A stretch of DNA of 64,000 nucleotides from an uncultured Gemmatimonadaceae bacterium (lineage in GTDB: Bacteria > Gemmatimonadota > Gemmatimonadetes > Gemmatimonadales > Gemmatimonadaceae): assembly GCA_963751275.1 (NCBI GenBank), contig CAVVTZ010000007.1, positions 1-64,000 on the forward strand. Reading direction: 5' to 3'. Positions 55,422-64,000 of the stretch are shown here, piece by piece. Both the position numbers and the translations under genes were made by a program. The notes beneath the pieces were generated by a model. The model had not been told where the DNA came from and searched no databases. It saw only the letters and a program-made list of their open reading frames with translations. Numbering within the stretch: the stretch's first letter is position 1; each line of letters opens with the position of its first letter.

Positions 55422-56426
55422 TCAGTTACCGCTGAGCTCCAGCGCCGAGATCCAATCGCGCACCGCGCGCACCTCCGCGGCCTCCAGACGTTCGAAGATC
55501 GCGAGCGCCTCGCGGGCGAGCGCCACGGCGCGCTTCGTGTCACCCTGCGCCAGCGCGAGCTCCGCGCTCGCGCGCCGCCCCTCGGCTTCGATGAGCGCGA
55601 ACCCGTGGTCCCGCGCGAGACGCACCGCGCGCGCGAGGAGCAGCACCGCCTCGTCGAACCGGCCGCGCGCCGTCGCGGCGGCGCCCGCCAGCCGCAGCGC
55701 GTCGGCCTCCCCCTTCGGGTCGCCGGCCTCCGCGAGATCCTGTGCCGCGCGCCGCGCCTCCACCTCGGCGAGCTCCGCATCGCCGTCCCCAAGCCGGACC
55801 TCGGCCAATCCGACCACCGCCATCGCAGCCAGCCGCGCATCCAATGCCTGGCGCGCGAACTCGAGCGCGCGCTGCTCACTCTCCTCGGTGTGCGCCGCGT
55901 CGCCCAGGTCGCGGAAGCTGATCGCGATGTTGTGGTAGGTCTCGGCCATCCCGCGTGGGTTGCCGAGCCGCTGATATGCGGGGATCGCAAGACGGTAGAG
56001 TGCGAGCGCCTCGCGCGCGGCACCGCGCACGTTCGCGATCGTGCCGAGGTTATTGGTCGCGCGCGCGAGCAGCAGATCATCGCCATCCTGGCGGCCGAGC
56101 TCCATCGCCTCCTGGAACCGCTCTTCGGCGCGCCCGATCTCGCCGCTCTCGAAGCACGCGACGCCCTCGAGATTCGCCGCCTTGCGCGCGGCCGCGCGGT
56201 CGCCGGACCGGCGCACCATCGTGCCGGTCTCCGCGAGCCAGGCACTCGCCTCGCGCGGCGCGCGCGTGCGGAGGAGCGCTTCGCCATAGAGCGTGACCAG
56301 CTCCGGATGCGCGCGCGCGTCCGCCCTGTGCGCGCCGAGCAGCGCGCGCACGTCGCTCCACGCTCCGCGGGCGCTGTCGGCGCGCGCGGAGGCGAGCAGG
56401 GCGGGGGCGAGGGATCCGGACGTCAT
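55422..56426 (-). CDS. Cytoplasmic tetratricopeptide repeat protein
   Basis: AANLEG, ARATNNLGTIAN, AETYHNIA and EADALRLAG repeats; no signal peptide or HTH seen. Confidence 0.85.
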   Translation of the reverse strand: MTSGSLAPALLASARADSARGAWSDVRALLGAHRADARAHPELVTLYGEALLRTRAPREASAWLAETGTMVRRSGDRAAARKAANLEGVACFESGEIGRAEERFQEAMELGRQDGDDLLLARATNNLGTIANVRGAAREALALYRLAIPAYQRLGNPRGMAETYHNIAISFRDLGDAAHTEESEQRALEFARQALDARLAAMAVVGLAEVRLGDGDAELAEVEARRAAQDLAEAGDPKGEADALRLAGAAATARGRFDEAVLLLARAVRLARDHGFALIEAEGRRASAELALAQGDTKRAVALAREALAIFERLEAAEVRAVRDWISALELSGN

Positions 56427-56433
56427 CGTGGCG

Positions 56434-57034
56434 TCAGTACGCGAGGGCGTAGTTGGTGAAGCCCAGGATGTCGGCCTCGACTTCCTCGGTGCTCACGTTC
56501 ACGTTCGTCGCCAGCTGGATCCACGGATCCGCGGCCGTCTCCTGCCGCCAGGAGATGCAGGATCGCCTTGAGCGAATCATCCGTCGCGTTCACCTGGCCG
56601 TCGTCATTGACGTCGTCGTCCGTCTCGCCGAATTCGAATAGGAACTGTGCCGGGTCGGATGCCGAGAAGGTCAAACCCGACGGCTCGAACTGCACGACGA
56701 GATGCACCGGGTCGATGACCGTCACGCGAATGAGGATCGAGTCGCCGGTGGCGAACGGCGTGCCGTCGGGCCGGCGCAGCAGCGCCTGCGAAGGGACCTT
56801 GAACTCGAGCAGCTGCGCCGAGTCCTCTCCCGGTTCGGTGGGTTGGTAATCGATGCGGATCCGGCGGCTCTGGCCCTTCACCGCCCAGAAGCTGTCCACC
56901 GGATTCGCGAGCGGCGGCGCGGTGCTGGCGGCCCGGAGATAGTTCAGCTGCTGCGTCGGCGTGGTGGGCGCCGGATCGCCGCTGCACGCGGCCACGAGTG
57001 CGCCGGCGGCCAGGATCAGAGTGATTCTACGCAT
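56434..57034 (-). CDS. Hypothetical lipoprotein with DxNxDG Ca-binding-like loop (frameshift near 56555)
   Basis: [17 protein letters not shown] lipobox; [14 protein letters not shown]; after the shift WRQE...PW...[15 protein letters not shown] at 56434. Confidence 0.75.
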
Positions 57035-58382
57035 CGGATACCTCGTCAAGGTCATTGTCATCGGATGTATTGGCGGCATCCAGGAGCCGCATGAGCCGTG
57101 CGCGGGAGATCCCGAGCCGGCGCGCCGCCTCGCTCTTGTTGCCGCCGCAGTGCTGCAACATGGTGTCGGCCGCCGCGCGGCCGATCTCGCGCATCGTGGC
57201 GGGGAACGGGATGGCACCGTCGGATATGACGATCGGTTTCGGCGGCGGGAAGTCCGCCGCGGTGAGCGCATCGCCGCGCGCGAGGATGAGCGCACGCTCG
57301 GCGGCGTTCCGCAGCTCCCGCACGTTGCCCGGCCAATCGCGCGCCTCGAGGGCCGCGATCGCGCTGTCATCGAGACGGGGCGCCGCGATGCCGGACTGCG
57401 CGGCGAAACGCGCGATGAAGTGCCGCGCGAGCGGCGCGATGTCCTCGCGCCGCGCGCGCAGGGGCGGCAGCTCGATCGACACGACATCGAGACGGTAATA
57501 GAGATCCTCGCGGAACGTGCCGGTCTTCACGTGCGCGGCAAGGTCCACGTGCGTGGCCGCGATGATGCGCACATCCACCGGCACCAGGCGCGTGCCGCCC
57601 ACCCGCCGTGCCGCGCGTTCTTCGAGTACGCGCAGCAGTTTGCCCTGCAGCGCGAGGGGGAGGTGTCCGATCTCGTCGAGGAAGATCGTACCGCCGTGGG
57701 CGACCTCGAACAATCCGGGCTTGGACGCCACCGCGCCCGTGAATGCGCCCTTCTCATGGCCGAACAATTCGCTCTCGAGCAGCTGATCGGGGATCGCCGC
57801 GCAATTCACTTCGACGAATGGCGCCTCGCGGCGCGGTCCGTTGTAGTGGATCGCCCGCGCGATGAGCTCCTTGCCCGTGCCCGTCTCGCCGGTGATGAGG
57901 ACCGTGACGCCGCCGTGCGGGATCACGCGCGATGCGCGATCGAGGGCGGCCCGGAGCGCCGGACTGTCGCCCAGGATCTCATCGAAGCGGTACTTCGCGC
58001 GCTCCGCCTCGGCGAACGCCGCACGGTCGGTCAACGCACGGAACCGCGCGGCGCGCTCCAGGAGCCAGGCGCGCAGGACATCCGCGTCCTCCGGCAGCGC
58101 GAAATACTCAGCGGCTCCCGCGCGCGCGAGCGCGGCCGCGAGCCGGTGGCTCGAGTCGGCGCCCACGGCGGCGACCTCCATCGACCCGCCGGCCAATTGC
58201 CGCACGAACGGCTCGAGCCGCTCCTCCTCGCCGCCGGCGGTCACGAGCGCGACCGCGCCCGAGAGCCGCGCGAGCGATGAGGGCTCGTCGACGGCGAGGA
58301 ACTCGTAGCCGCAGTCGGCCGCCAGCGCGGGCCAGACCGCGGAGAAGGAATCGGTGATCGCGTAAACAGCGAGCATCGGCAT
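57027..58382 (-). CDS. Sigma54-dependent enhancer-binding protein with pseudo-receiver domain
   Basis: [45 protein letters not shown] and Fis-type HTH ([14 protein letters not shown]). Confidence 0.95.
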   Translation of the reverse strand: MPMLAVYAITDSFSAVWPALAADCGYEFLAVDEPSSLARLSGAVALVTAGGEEERLEPFVRQLAGGSMEVAAVGADSSHRLAAALARAGAAEYFALPEDADVLRAWLLERAARFRALTDRAAFAEAERAKYRFDEILGDSPALRAALDRASRVIPHGGVTVLITGETGTGKELIARAIHYNGPRREAPFVEVNCAAIPDQLLESELFGHEKGAFTGAVASKPGLFEVAHGGTIFLDEIGHLPLALQGKLLRVLEERAARRVGGTRLVPVDVRIIAATHVDLAAHVKTGTFREDLYYRLDVVSIELPPLRARREDIAPLARHFIARFAAQSGIAAPRLDDSAIAALEARDWPGNVRELRNAAERALILARGDALTAADFPPPKPIVISDGAIPFPATMREIGRAAADTMLQHCGGNKSEAARRLGISRARLMRLLDAANTSDDNDLDEVSDA

Positions 58383-58424
58383 GCGTGGAGCACCGGGGAG
58401 CGCCCGCTCCCCAGTGTTCTACGC
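58383..58424. promoter_or_regulatory. 20-bp stem hairpin abutting the activator start codon
   Basis: GCGTGGAGCACCGGGGAGCG-CC-CGCTCCCCAGTGTTCTACGC; 17/20 Watson-Crick pairs. Confidence 0.65.
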
Positions 58425-58460
58425 CGGGAACGGGCTAGGGCGGCGATTCGTCGTGGCCAT
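58419..58460 (-). CDS. Candidate 13-aa peptide MATTNRRPSPFPA
   Basis: GAGGA 8 nt before the ATG; the stop lies in the hairpin arm. An alternative 26-aa ORF (58435..58515, GAGGAGG SD) overlaps it. Confidence 0.3.
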   Translation of the reverse strand: MATTNRRPSPFPA

Positions 58461-58534
58461 CTGTGTCGTCCTCGACCGCGGAGTGGATGTTATTGAGTGC
58501 GCGTTGGTCACGCACGGTGACACCCCTCCTCAAA

Positions 58535-58549
58535 GCACGGATGGTGCCG
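58535..58549 (-). promoter_or_regulatory. Candidate sigma54 -24/-12 promoter
   Basis: CGGCAC-CATCC-GTGC with the GG-N10-GC spacing. Confidence 0.5.
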
Positions 58550-58653
58550 TCCACAGGTCGAGAGTGGCAGATGTCTAAGCGCCCATAAGATAATGAGTTA
58601 TGGCGCCAGACTGCCACTCGAGCCCGGCACTGGGCATGCGAAATAGCGCATCG

Positions 58654-58672
58654 GTGTACCGTTCCGGTACAC
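58654..58672. promoter_or_regulatory. Palindrome, candidate upstream activator sequence
   Basis: GTGTACCG-TTC-CGGTACAC, about 130-150 bp upstream of the predicted start site. Confidence 0.45.
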
Positions 58673-58686
58673 GTGGCCGTAGCCGC

Positions 58687-60231
58687 TCAGTTCCGCCCGG
58701 CGAGCGTCGGCCAGAGCGCCTGCAATGTCGTGCGCGGATCCTCACACACACGCACGGACACGTCCTGCTCTTCTTCCACAGTCCAGTCGTTCGTGATGCG
58801 GCCCGCTTCAGTGACGGTCCCGCAGAACTTCTCGAGATCTTCGCGGCTCACGCCCAGCGTGACCACGACCGTGCCGGGTTTGTCGCCGGGCCCGAAGAAC
58901 CAGTAGCTCCCCGCCGCGCTCACCGCAGGTGGAAGCCCGAAGCGCGGACCATAGAAGTCGATGGCTCCGGCTTCGCCGTAGTTCTCGCCGATGAGCACGG
59001 CCTGGGCGCGCTTCTCCGGCGGCAGTGAATCGAAGACGTGCGCGACGAGCGCGACCCGTTCGGGCCAGCCGATCATGTCGGCGTAATCCTGCGGGAGTCT
59101 CAGCATTGTGCCGCGGTTCGTGCGCGTCGCTTCGCTGATCCCCAGCGCCGCCGCGTAGCGCGCCATGACCGGCGGCGGAAGGACGGGCAAGCCGATGGGC
59201 GTGATCAGGATCCCGTAGAGTATGATCGCGGCGACGAGTGCGGCGCGTCCTACGCGCGCGAGCACGGTCGGTCCCGTCATTCCCAGCCATACCGCGCCGG
59301 CGGCGAAGAGCGTCGGATAGATCGGCCCGACGTAATACGGTTTTCCGCGCAACACGAAGAGGGTCGCGAACACCGTGAGGCAGGCGAGCCCGACGGTGCG
59401 GTACGGGCGGCCCGCCCGCGAGCGCACCAGCCACGCGGCGCCGGCGGCGGCGAGAATGAGCGAGGGACCGAGCAGCATCTGCCAAGAAAGGAACGAAGCG
59501 AAGGAGACGTGTACGAGCTGTTGTTGGCGCAGCGCATCCATTTGCGCGCGGAGCGGGAATCCGAGCTGGATCTGCCCGATGATGCTGGGGCTGCCGATGG
59601 CGAGCGCGACCGGGAGCGCCAGCCAGGGACCGCGCGTACGCAATGCGGCGCGGTCATCGAGCACGAGTGCCGCGAGGATGCCGAAGCCAATGAAGAGGAT
59701 GCTGAACTTCGTGAGCAATCCGAGCCCGCCGATCACGCCGATCGCCCGCCACCAGCGCCGGTCGCGGGTGCGCTCGAAGCACGCGAGCGCGAGGAGCACG
59801 GCGCTCCACCAGAATTGATCGAAGACGACGGGCTGGAAGAGGCTCCCGGGGCGCAGGAAGAGCGGGTGGACGGCGACGGCGATCGCCGCGGTGATCTGTG
59901 CGAAGCGGGCGCCCCCGAACTCGCGCGCCAACAACGCCGCCATCAAGATGGTCGCGGCGGCCGCGAGCGCCGGCGCAAAGCGGATCGCCACCAGCGAGTC
60001 ACCGAACAGGCGCTCCACGTTCGCGACCAGCGCGATCCCCGGCGGGAAGTCCATCGCGAACAGCCGCAGATGCTTGCCCATCGCGAGATAGAGCAGCTCG
60101 TCGCGATGGATGCCGTAGGGCGTGATGATATTCACTGCCACATGCGTGGCGAACACCAGCGCCGCGATCGCGGCGGCCGGCTTCCAGTGGAACGGCGCGC
60201 GCGCGCCGGAATCCGTGGCCGGCGCGCTCAT
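58687..60231 (-). CDS. Glycosyltransferase family 39 (ArnT/PMT-like GT-C)
   Basis: YGIHRDELLY, DFPP, GLGLLTKF, GKPYY, DYADMIGW and NYGEAGAI. Confidence 0.88.
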   Translation of the reverse strand: MSAPATDSGARAPFHWKPAAAIAALVFATHVAVNIITPYGIHRDELLYLAMGKHLRLFAMDFPPGIALVANVERLFGDSLVAIRFAPALAAAATILMAALLAREFGGARFAQITAAIAVAVHPLFLRPGSLFQPVVFDQFWWSAVLLALACFERTRDRRWWRAIGVIGGLGLLTKFSILFIGFGILAALVLDDRAALRTRGPWLALPVALAIGSPSIIGQIQLGFPLRAQMDALRQQQLVHVSFASFLSWQMLLGPSLILAAAGAAWLVRSRAGRPYRTVGLACLTVFATLFVLRGKPYYVGPIYPTLFAAGAVWLGMTGPTVLARVGRAALVAAIILYGILITPIGLPVLPPPVMARYAAALGISEATRTNRGTMLRLPQDYADMIGWPERVALVAHVFDSLPPEKRAQAVLIGENYGEAGAIDFYGPRFGLPPAVSAAGSYWFFGPGDKPGTVVVTLGVSREDLEKFCGTVTEAGRITNDWTVEEEQDVSVRVCEDPRTTLQALWPTLAGRN

Positions 60232-61313
60232 GCGCGCTCCGCCAGCCGCGCGAGATCCCCGCGTTGCCGCTCGAGCGACGCGAGCAGTGCGAACTGCACG
60301 CGGCAGCGGTCGAGATTCTGCCCCGGGCGCGTGATGCGGTAGTACGCATCGCCCTCGAGATGGTCGGTGAGGAAGCGCAGCCCCTGCTCGTAGACGATCG
60401 TCTCCGCGGCGACCGGCAGCAGACGCCGTTCCGCCGCGCTCAGCAGACCTGCCGTGCCCGCGAGATAGCCGCGCACGATCCCGGCGAACCGATCGCGTTC
60501 CGCATGAACGCGCGATGGATCCGGTTCGTCCTCGGCGCCGGGCGAGACCATCGATCGCACGAGGTCTCCGAAATCATAGAGGGAAAGGCCGGGCATCACC
60601 GTATCGAGATCGACCACGCAGAGCGGCTCGCCGCTGATCTCGTCGAACAGGATGTTCGCGATCTTGGCGTCGTTGTGCGCGATCCGGCGCGGGGCATCGC
60701 CGCGCGCGTGCGCGTCGGTGAGCGTCGTGGCGAGCGCGCGGCGCGCGAGCGCGAACTGCGCCGGCTCCGCCGCTCCGGAAGCGCGATGATGGCTGTCGGC
60801 GTCGAGCGCGCGCTCGAGAGCGCGCAGCCGCCGGCCGGTATCGTGGAAGCGCGGGATGGTGACGTGCAGCTGCGGCCCATCGTACGCCGCGAGCCGCCGC
60901 TGGAAATCGCCGAACGCGTGCGCGGTGACCTCGGCATCGGACGCATTCGCGGCGACGGCGCGCGTGACCGCGCCCTCGAGGAACTCGAACATCCGCCAGC
61001 ACTCGCCCAGCGCGTTCCGTGCGAGCCAGCCACCGTCGCGCGCGCGCACCGTGGTGAGCGCGCGAGCGCTCCGCGGCATCGAGCGCGCGAGGAACGCGGT
61101 CACCGACGCGATGTTGTCCATCACGCGCTCCGGCTCCTGGAAGACGCGCGTGTTCATCCGCTGCAGGAACCACCGGCGCGCCGGCGTGGCGACCACGAAT
61201 GCGTCGTGGATGTGGCCGCCGGCGTGCGGTTCGACCGTGGATACCGTACCGTCGATCGCGAACTGCGCTGCGATCGCGGCCGCGCGCGCGAGCAGGTCCT
61301 GACCCGCGCTCAC
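60228..61313 (-). CDS. Aminoglycoside-phosphotransferase-fold sugar kinase (NahK-like)
   Basis: GGHIHD, FLQRMN..VF, TIPRFHD, HNDAKIANIL, VDLDTVMPG, YDFGD and LRFLTDHLEGD.YY. GTG start overlaps the upstream stop. Confidence 0.85.
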   Translation of the reverse strand: MSAGQDLLARAAAIAAQFAIDGTVSTVEPHAGGHIHDAFVVATPARRWFLQRMNTRVFQEPERVMDNIASVTAFLARSMPRSARALTTVRARDGGWLARNALGECWRMFEFLEGAVTRAVAANASDAEVTAHAFGDFQRRLAAYDGPQLHVTIPRFHDTGRRLRALERALDADSHHRASGAAEPAQFALARRALATTLTDAHARGDAPRRIAHNDAKIANILFDEISGEPLCVVDLDTVMPGLSLYDFGDLVRSMVSPGAEDEPDPSRVHAERDRFAGIVRGYLAGTAGLLSAAERRLLPVAAETIVYEQGLRFLTDHLEGDAYYRITRPGQNLDRCRVQFALLASLERQRGDLARLAERA

Positions 61314-62149
61314 GCCCAGAGATCCAGCGGGTAGACTCCGCTCGCCGTGAGGGCCGCCAGGCGCGCCGCGACGCGCGGCGCGTCGGCCGGGTACGTCACT
61401 CCGCACCACTCCCCTCCCGTGGGCAGGACGAGCACGCGCGCGGCGCGGGCGGCCACGAGCCGCCCGAGCGCATCCGGCAACAGGAATTCCCTCGACCGGT
61501 TCACTCCCGGCCCGCGCCGGAACGTATCGAACATGGGCTCGAGCTGCGCGAACACTGCCGGTGTGAATCCCCAGCAGTTCATCGACACGAGCGCGTCGTC
61601 CGGAACATCGCCGCGAACGAGGTCCGTGCGTTCCGTGATGCGCACCAGCCAACCGTCCGCATCGGTCTCGCACACCGCGCGATTCACCGGACCGGCGTCG
61701 CTGAGCGTGGCGCCCGCCGGGAATCCCGCGATGACATAGGCGGGAACGCCGGGCGACGCGGGCGCCGCGAGGAAGCCGCCGATCGCCGCGAAGGTCTCCC
61801 GTCCGTAGAAATCATCGGCATTCACCACCGCGAATGGCTCACGCACTTCGTCGGCGGCCGCGAGCACGGCGTGCGCCGTGCCCCAGGGGCGGGTGCGATC
61901 GCGATCCGTCTTCTGCACCACGCACACCACCGGAACGCGCCCCCGCAGCCGCGCTTCGAGCGAAGCCTGCGTCGCTTCCCGCATCTCCGCGCGCACCACG
62001 ACCACCACGCGGCCGAATCCCGCGTGCAGCGCGTCGAACAGCGCGTACTCCATGAGCGTCGCGCCGCCGGGGCCGATCGGCACCGTCTGTTTGTCACCTC
62101 CGAACCGCCGGCCCATTCCCGCGGCGAGCACGACGAGCGCCGGCTTCAT
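61310..62149 (-). CDS. Sugar-phosphate nucleotidyltransferase
   Basis: LVVLAAGMGRRFGGDKQ, PWGTAHA, VVNADDFYG, VSMNCWGF, EFLLP and GVTY. Confidence 0.9.
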   Translation of the reverse strand: MKPALVVLAAGMGRRFGGDKQTVPIGPGGATLMEYALFDALHAGFGRVVVVVRAEMREATQASLEARLRGRVPVVCVVQKTDRDRTRPWGTAHAVLAAADEVREPFAVVNADDFYGRETFAAIGGFLAAPASPGVPAYVIAGFPAGATLSDAGPVNRAVCETDADGWLVRITERTDLVRGDVPDDALVSMNCWGFTPAVFAQLEPMFDTFRRGPGVNRSREFLLPDALGRLVAARAARVLVLPTGGEWCGVTYPADAPRVAARLAALTASGVYPLDLWA

Positions 62150-62156
62150 GTGCGTG

Positions 62157-63935
62157 CTACGCCTTGGCGCCGTTGGCCGCGGGCCAGAGCCGCGGAAAGA
62201 GCCGGATCAGCCCCAGCGCACTGCCAATGAACACCGCGAGGAACATCAGCCCCTGCGGCACGCGGCCGTACAGGAAACTCCCGGTGCCGAACAGCGCCGA
62301 ATAGATCAGCGTGCAGCCGAGCACCCAGCCCAGCAGCGCCTGCGCGAGACTGTCCGGCGATGCGTTGACGCCCGACTCCGCGCGGATCGCGCTCCAGCCC
62401 GGGCCCGCGGGGCGCACGCGCTTGTAGAAGTCGACGAGCGTGCCGTGGTCCGTCGGCTCCGTGAGGAAGGCGACGGCGACCCAGATCACCGTAGTGCTCG
62501 CCACCGTGATGATGAGCGACGTGGTGGATGGCACCGCGTGCCCCAGCTTGCGCGCAACGAAGAAGCCCACCGCCACGATGAACGAACTCGCCATCGCCGC
62601 GACCTCGCTCCACGCGTTGATGCGCCACCAGAACCACCGCAGCAGGTAGATGAGCCCCGTGCCGGCGCCAATGCCCAGGATGAGATCGAAGCTCTCCTTC
62701 GCGGTGTCGAGCGCGAAGGTCAGCGACGCGGCGGCGATCATCAGCAGCGCGGTGACGACGCGGCCGGCCCACACGTAGTGGCGCTGGCTCGCATCCTTCT
62801 TGATGAATCGCTGGTAGAAATCGTGCACGAGATACGACGCGCCCCAATTCAGATGCGTCTCGATCGTCGAACGGTATGCCGCCAGCATGCCGGCGATCAT
62901 GAGGCCGAGGAATCCCGCGGGCAGGAACCGGAGCATCGCGGGATACGCCATGTCGTTCCCGATGAGCTTGGGGTCGACGTACGGATACGCATGCGCGATG
63001 TCGCCGAGCGTCGGGAAGATGAGCGTGGACGCGAGCGCGACGAGGATCCAGGGCCATGGGCGCAGCGCGTAGTGCATGAAGTTGAAGAACAGGGTGCCCG
63101 AGAGCGCGTCCTTCTCGCTCTTGGCGGCGAGCATGCGTTGCGCGATGTAGCTGCCGCCGCCCGGCTCGGCGCCGGGGTACCATACCGACCACCATTGGAT
63201 CGTGATCGGGATGATCAGCACCGCGAGCGCGGTGGGCCAGTCGCCGAAATCGGGCAGGAGCGAGAGCGTCTTAGGGTCGATCTTCTGGATGAGCCCGCTG
63301 AGCCCGCCCACCGCCGGCTGCTGGAGCGCGAAGTACGCGACGGCGAACGTGCCGGTCATCGTGATCAGGAACTGGATCGAGTCGGTGACCATCACGCCCC
63401 ACAAACCGGACACCGACGCGAAGAAGATCGTGATCGTCGCGGCGAAGAGGAGCGTGCGTTCCATGCTCCAGCCGAGCACGACGTTGCCGATCTTGGCGGC
63501 GGCGAGGTTCACCGTCGCCATGATGACGCAGTTGAAGAAGAGGCCGAGGTAGATCGCGCGGAATCCGCGCACGAAGGTGGCCGGTTTGCCGGAGTAGCGG
63601 ATCTCATAGAATTCGAGGTCCGTCATCACGCCGGAGCGGCGCCACATCCGCGCGTAGAAGAAGACCGTGAGCATGCCGGTGAGCAGGAACGACCACCAGA
63701 GCCAGTTGTCGGAGACGCCCTTCTCGCGCACCATGTTGGTCACGAGGTTCGGCGTGTCGGTGCTGAAGGTCGTGGCGACCATCGAGACCCCGATGAGCCA
63801 CCACGGGGCGGCACGGCCCGACGTGAAGAACTCCGTGGTGCTCCGGCTCGCGCGCTTCACGAGGAAGATCGCCGGCAGGAACGAGATGATGATCGAACCG
63901 AAGATGATCGCGAGATCGAGCGTGGTCAGATGCAT
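62157..63935 (-). CDS. Sodium:solute symporter
   Basis: FFTSGR..PWW..G.SMVATTFSTDTP, EPGGGSYIAQRM and LLRWFWWRINAWSE; many TM helices. Confidence 0.93.
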   Translation of the reverse strand: MHLTTLDLAIIFGSIIISFLPAIFLVKRASRSTTEFFTSGRAAPWWLIGVSMVATTFSTDTPNLVTNMVREKGVSDNWLWWSFLLTGMLTVFFYARMWRRSGVMTDLEFYEIRYSGKPATFVRGFRAIYLGLFFNCVIMATVNLAAAKIGNVVLGWSMERTLLFAATITIFFASVSGLWGVMVTDSIQFLITMTGTFAVAYFALQQPAVGGLSGLIQKIDPKTLSLLPDFGDWPTALAVLIIPITIQWWSVWYPGAEPGGGSYIAQRMLAAKSEKDALSGTLFFNFMHYALRPWPWILVALASTLIFPTLGDIAHAYPYVDPKLIGNDMAYPAMLRFLPAGFLGLMIAGMLAAYRSTIETHLNWGASYLVHDFYQRFIKKDASQRHYVWAGRVVTALLMIAAASLTFALDTAKESFDLILGIGAGTGLIYLLRWFWWRINAWSEVAAMASSFIVAVGFFVARKLGHAVPSTTSLIITVASTTVIWVAVAFLTEPTDHGTLVDFYKRVRPAGPGWSAIRAESGVNASPDSLAQALLGWVLGCTLIYSALFGTGSFLYGRVPQGLMFLAVFIGSALGLIRLFPRLWPAANGAKA

Positions 63936-63959
63936 CACGGGCTCCGGATGGGCGCGTGG

Positions 63960-64000
63960 TCAGCGCGCGTCGGTCGCGAGCGTAAGGACCTGGAACGGTT
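63960..64000 (-). CDS. 3' end of an upstream gene (partial)
   Basis: ...PFQVLTLATDAR-stop, about 24 nt before the symporter start. Too short to assign; PFQVLTL is reminiscent of GH38 alpha-mannosidase C-termini. Confidence 0.35.
   Translation of the reverse strand, partial: PFQVLTLATDAR

Noticed and set aside
58625..58639. Second sigma54-like box on the + strand (CGGCAC-TGGGC-ATGC)
   Set aside because: It points into the 3' end of the convergent GT39 gene with no downstream ORF; probably chance, though an antisense RNA cannot be excluded.
1..64000. CRISPR array, rRNA, tRNA, transposase, integrase, reverse transcriptase or phage genes
   Set aside because: No repeat-spacer periodicity, cloverleaf, rRNA-like tract or matching protein motifs were seen by eye; a covariance-model search was not possible.

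Overview
A 64-kb high-GC bacterial chromosomal window (roughly 70% GC by spot checks). Gene content and protein style suggest Gemmatimonadota; this is an inference. It carries many single-base frameshifts, probably long-read consensus errors. I found no rRNA, tRNA, CRISPR, transposase, integrase or phage genes. 1-13.8 kb is a surface-polysaccharide locus (GT4s, AsnB-type amidotransferase, acyltransferase, wzm/wzt, GT-C, methyltransferase, GT2, epimerase); its first ~7.9 kb is visibly lower in GC. A structured intergenic region, an RHH-MazF toxin-antitoxin pair and a His-less Fic protein follow. Next come housekeeping and envelope genes (ccdA, TlpA, 2H phosphoesterase, cls, PLP decarboxylase, plant/Chlamydia-type fabI, KirBac, YfiT, TPR, TauE), four tandem beta-barrel paralogues, a lipoprotein/phosphoesterase operon and an ECF sigma/anti-sigma pair. 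The right half holds the best candidates for undescribed systems. (1) A duplicated HEAT-repeat + degenerate HD-GYP module in which all four proteins share one unnamed N-terminal domain. (2) A His/Cys-rich leader ORF ending in NGPP in front of a TonB-dependent receptor, resembling CruR-type metal-sensing ribosome arrest. (3) A sigma54-type promoter region with a tiny ORF and hairpin ahead of a pseudo-receiver activator, lipoprotein, TPR protein and Cys-rich protein. Also present: a TsdA + Tat-DsrE pair, a lipoprotein truncated hemoglobin, a TetR gene bracketed by candidate operators, a sugar-salvage operon, a family of heptamer-repeat palindromes and several probable leaderless genes.
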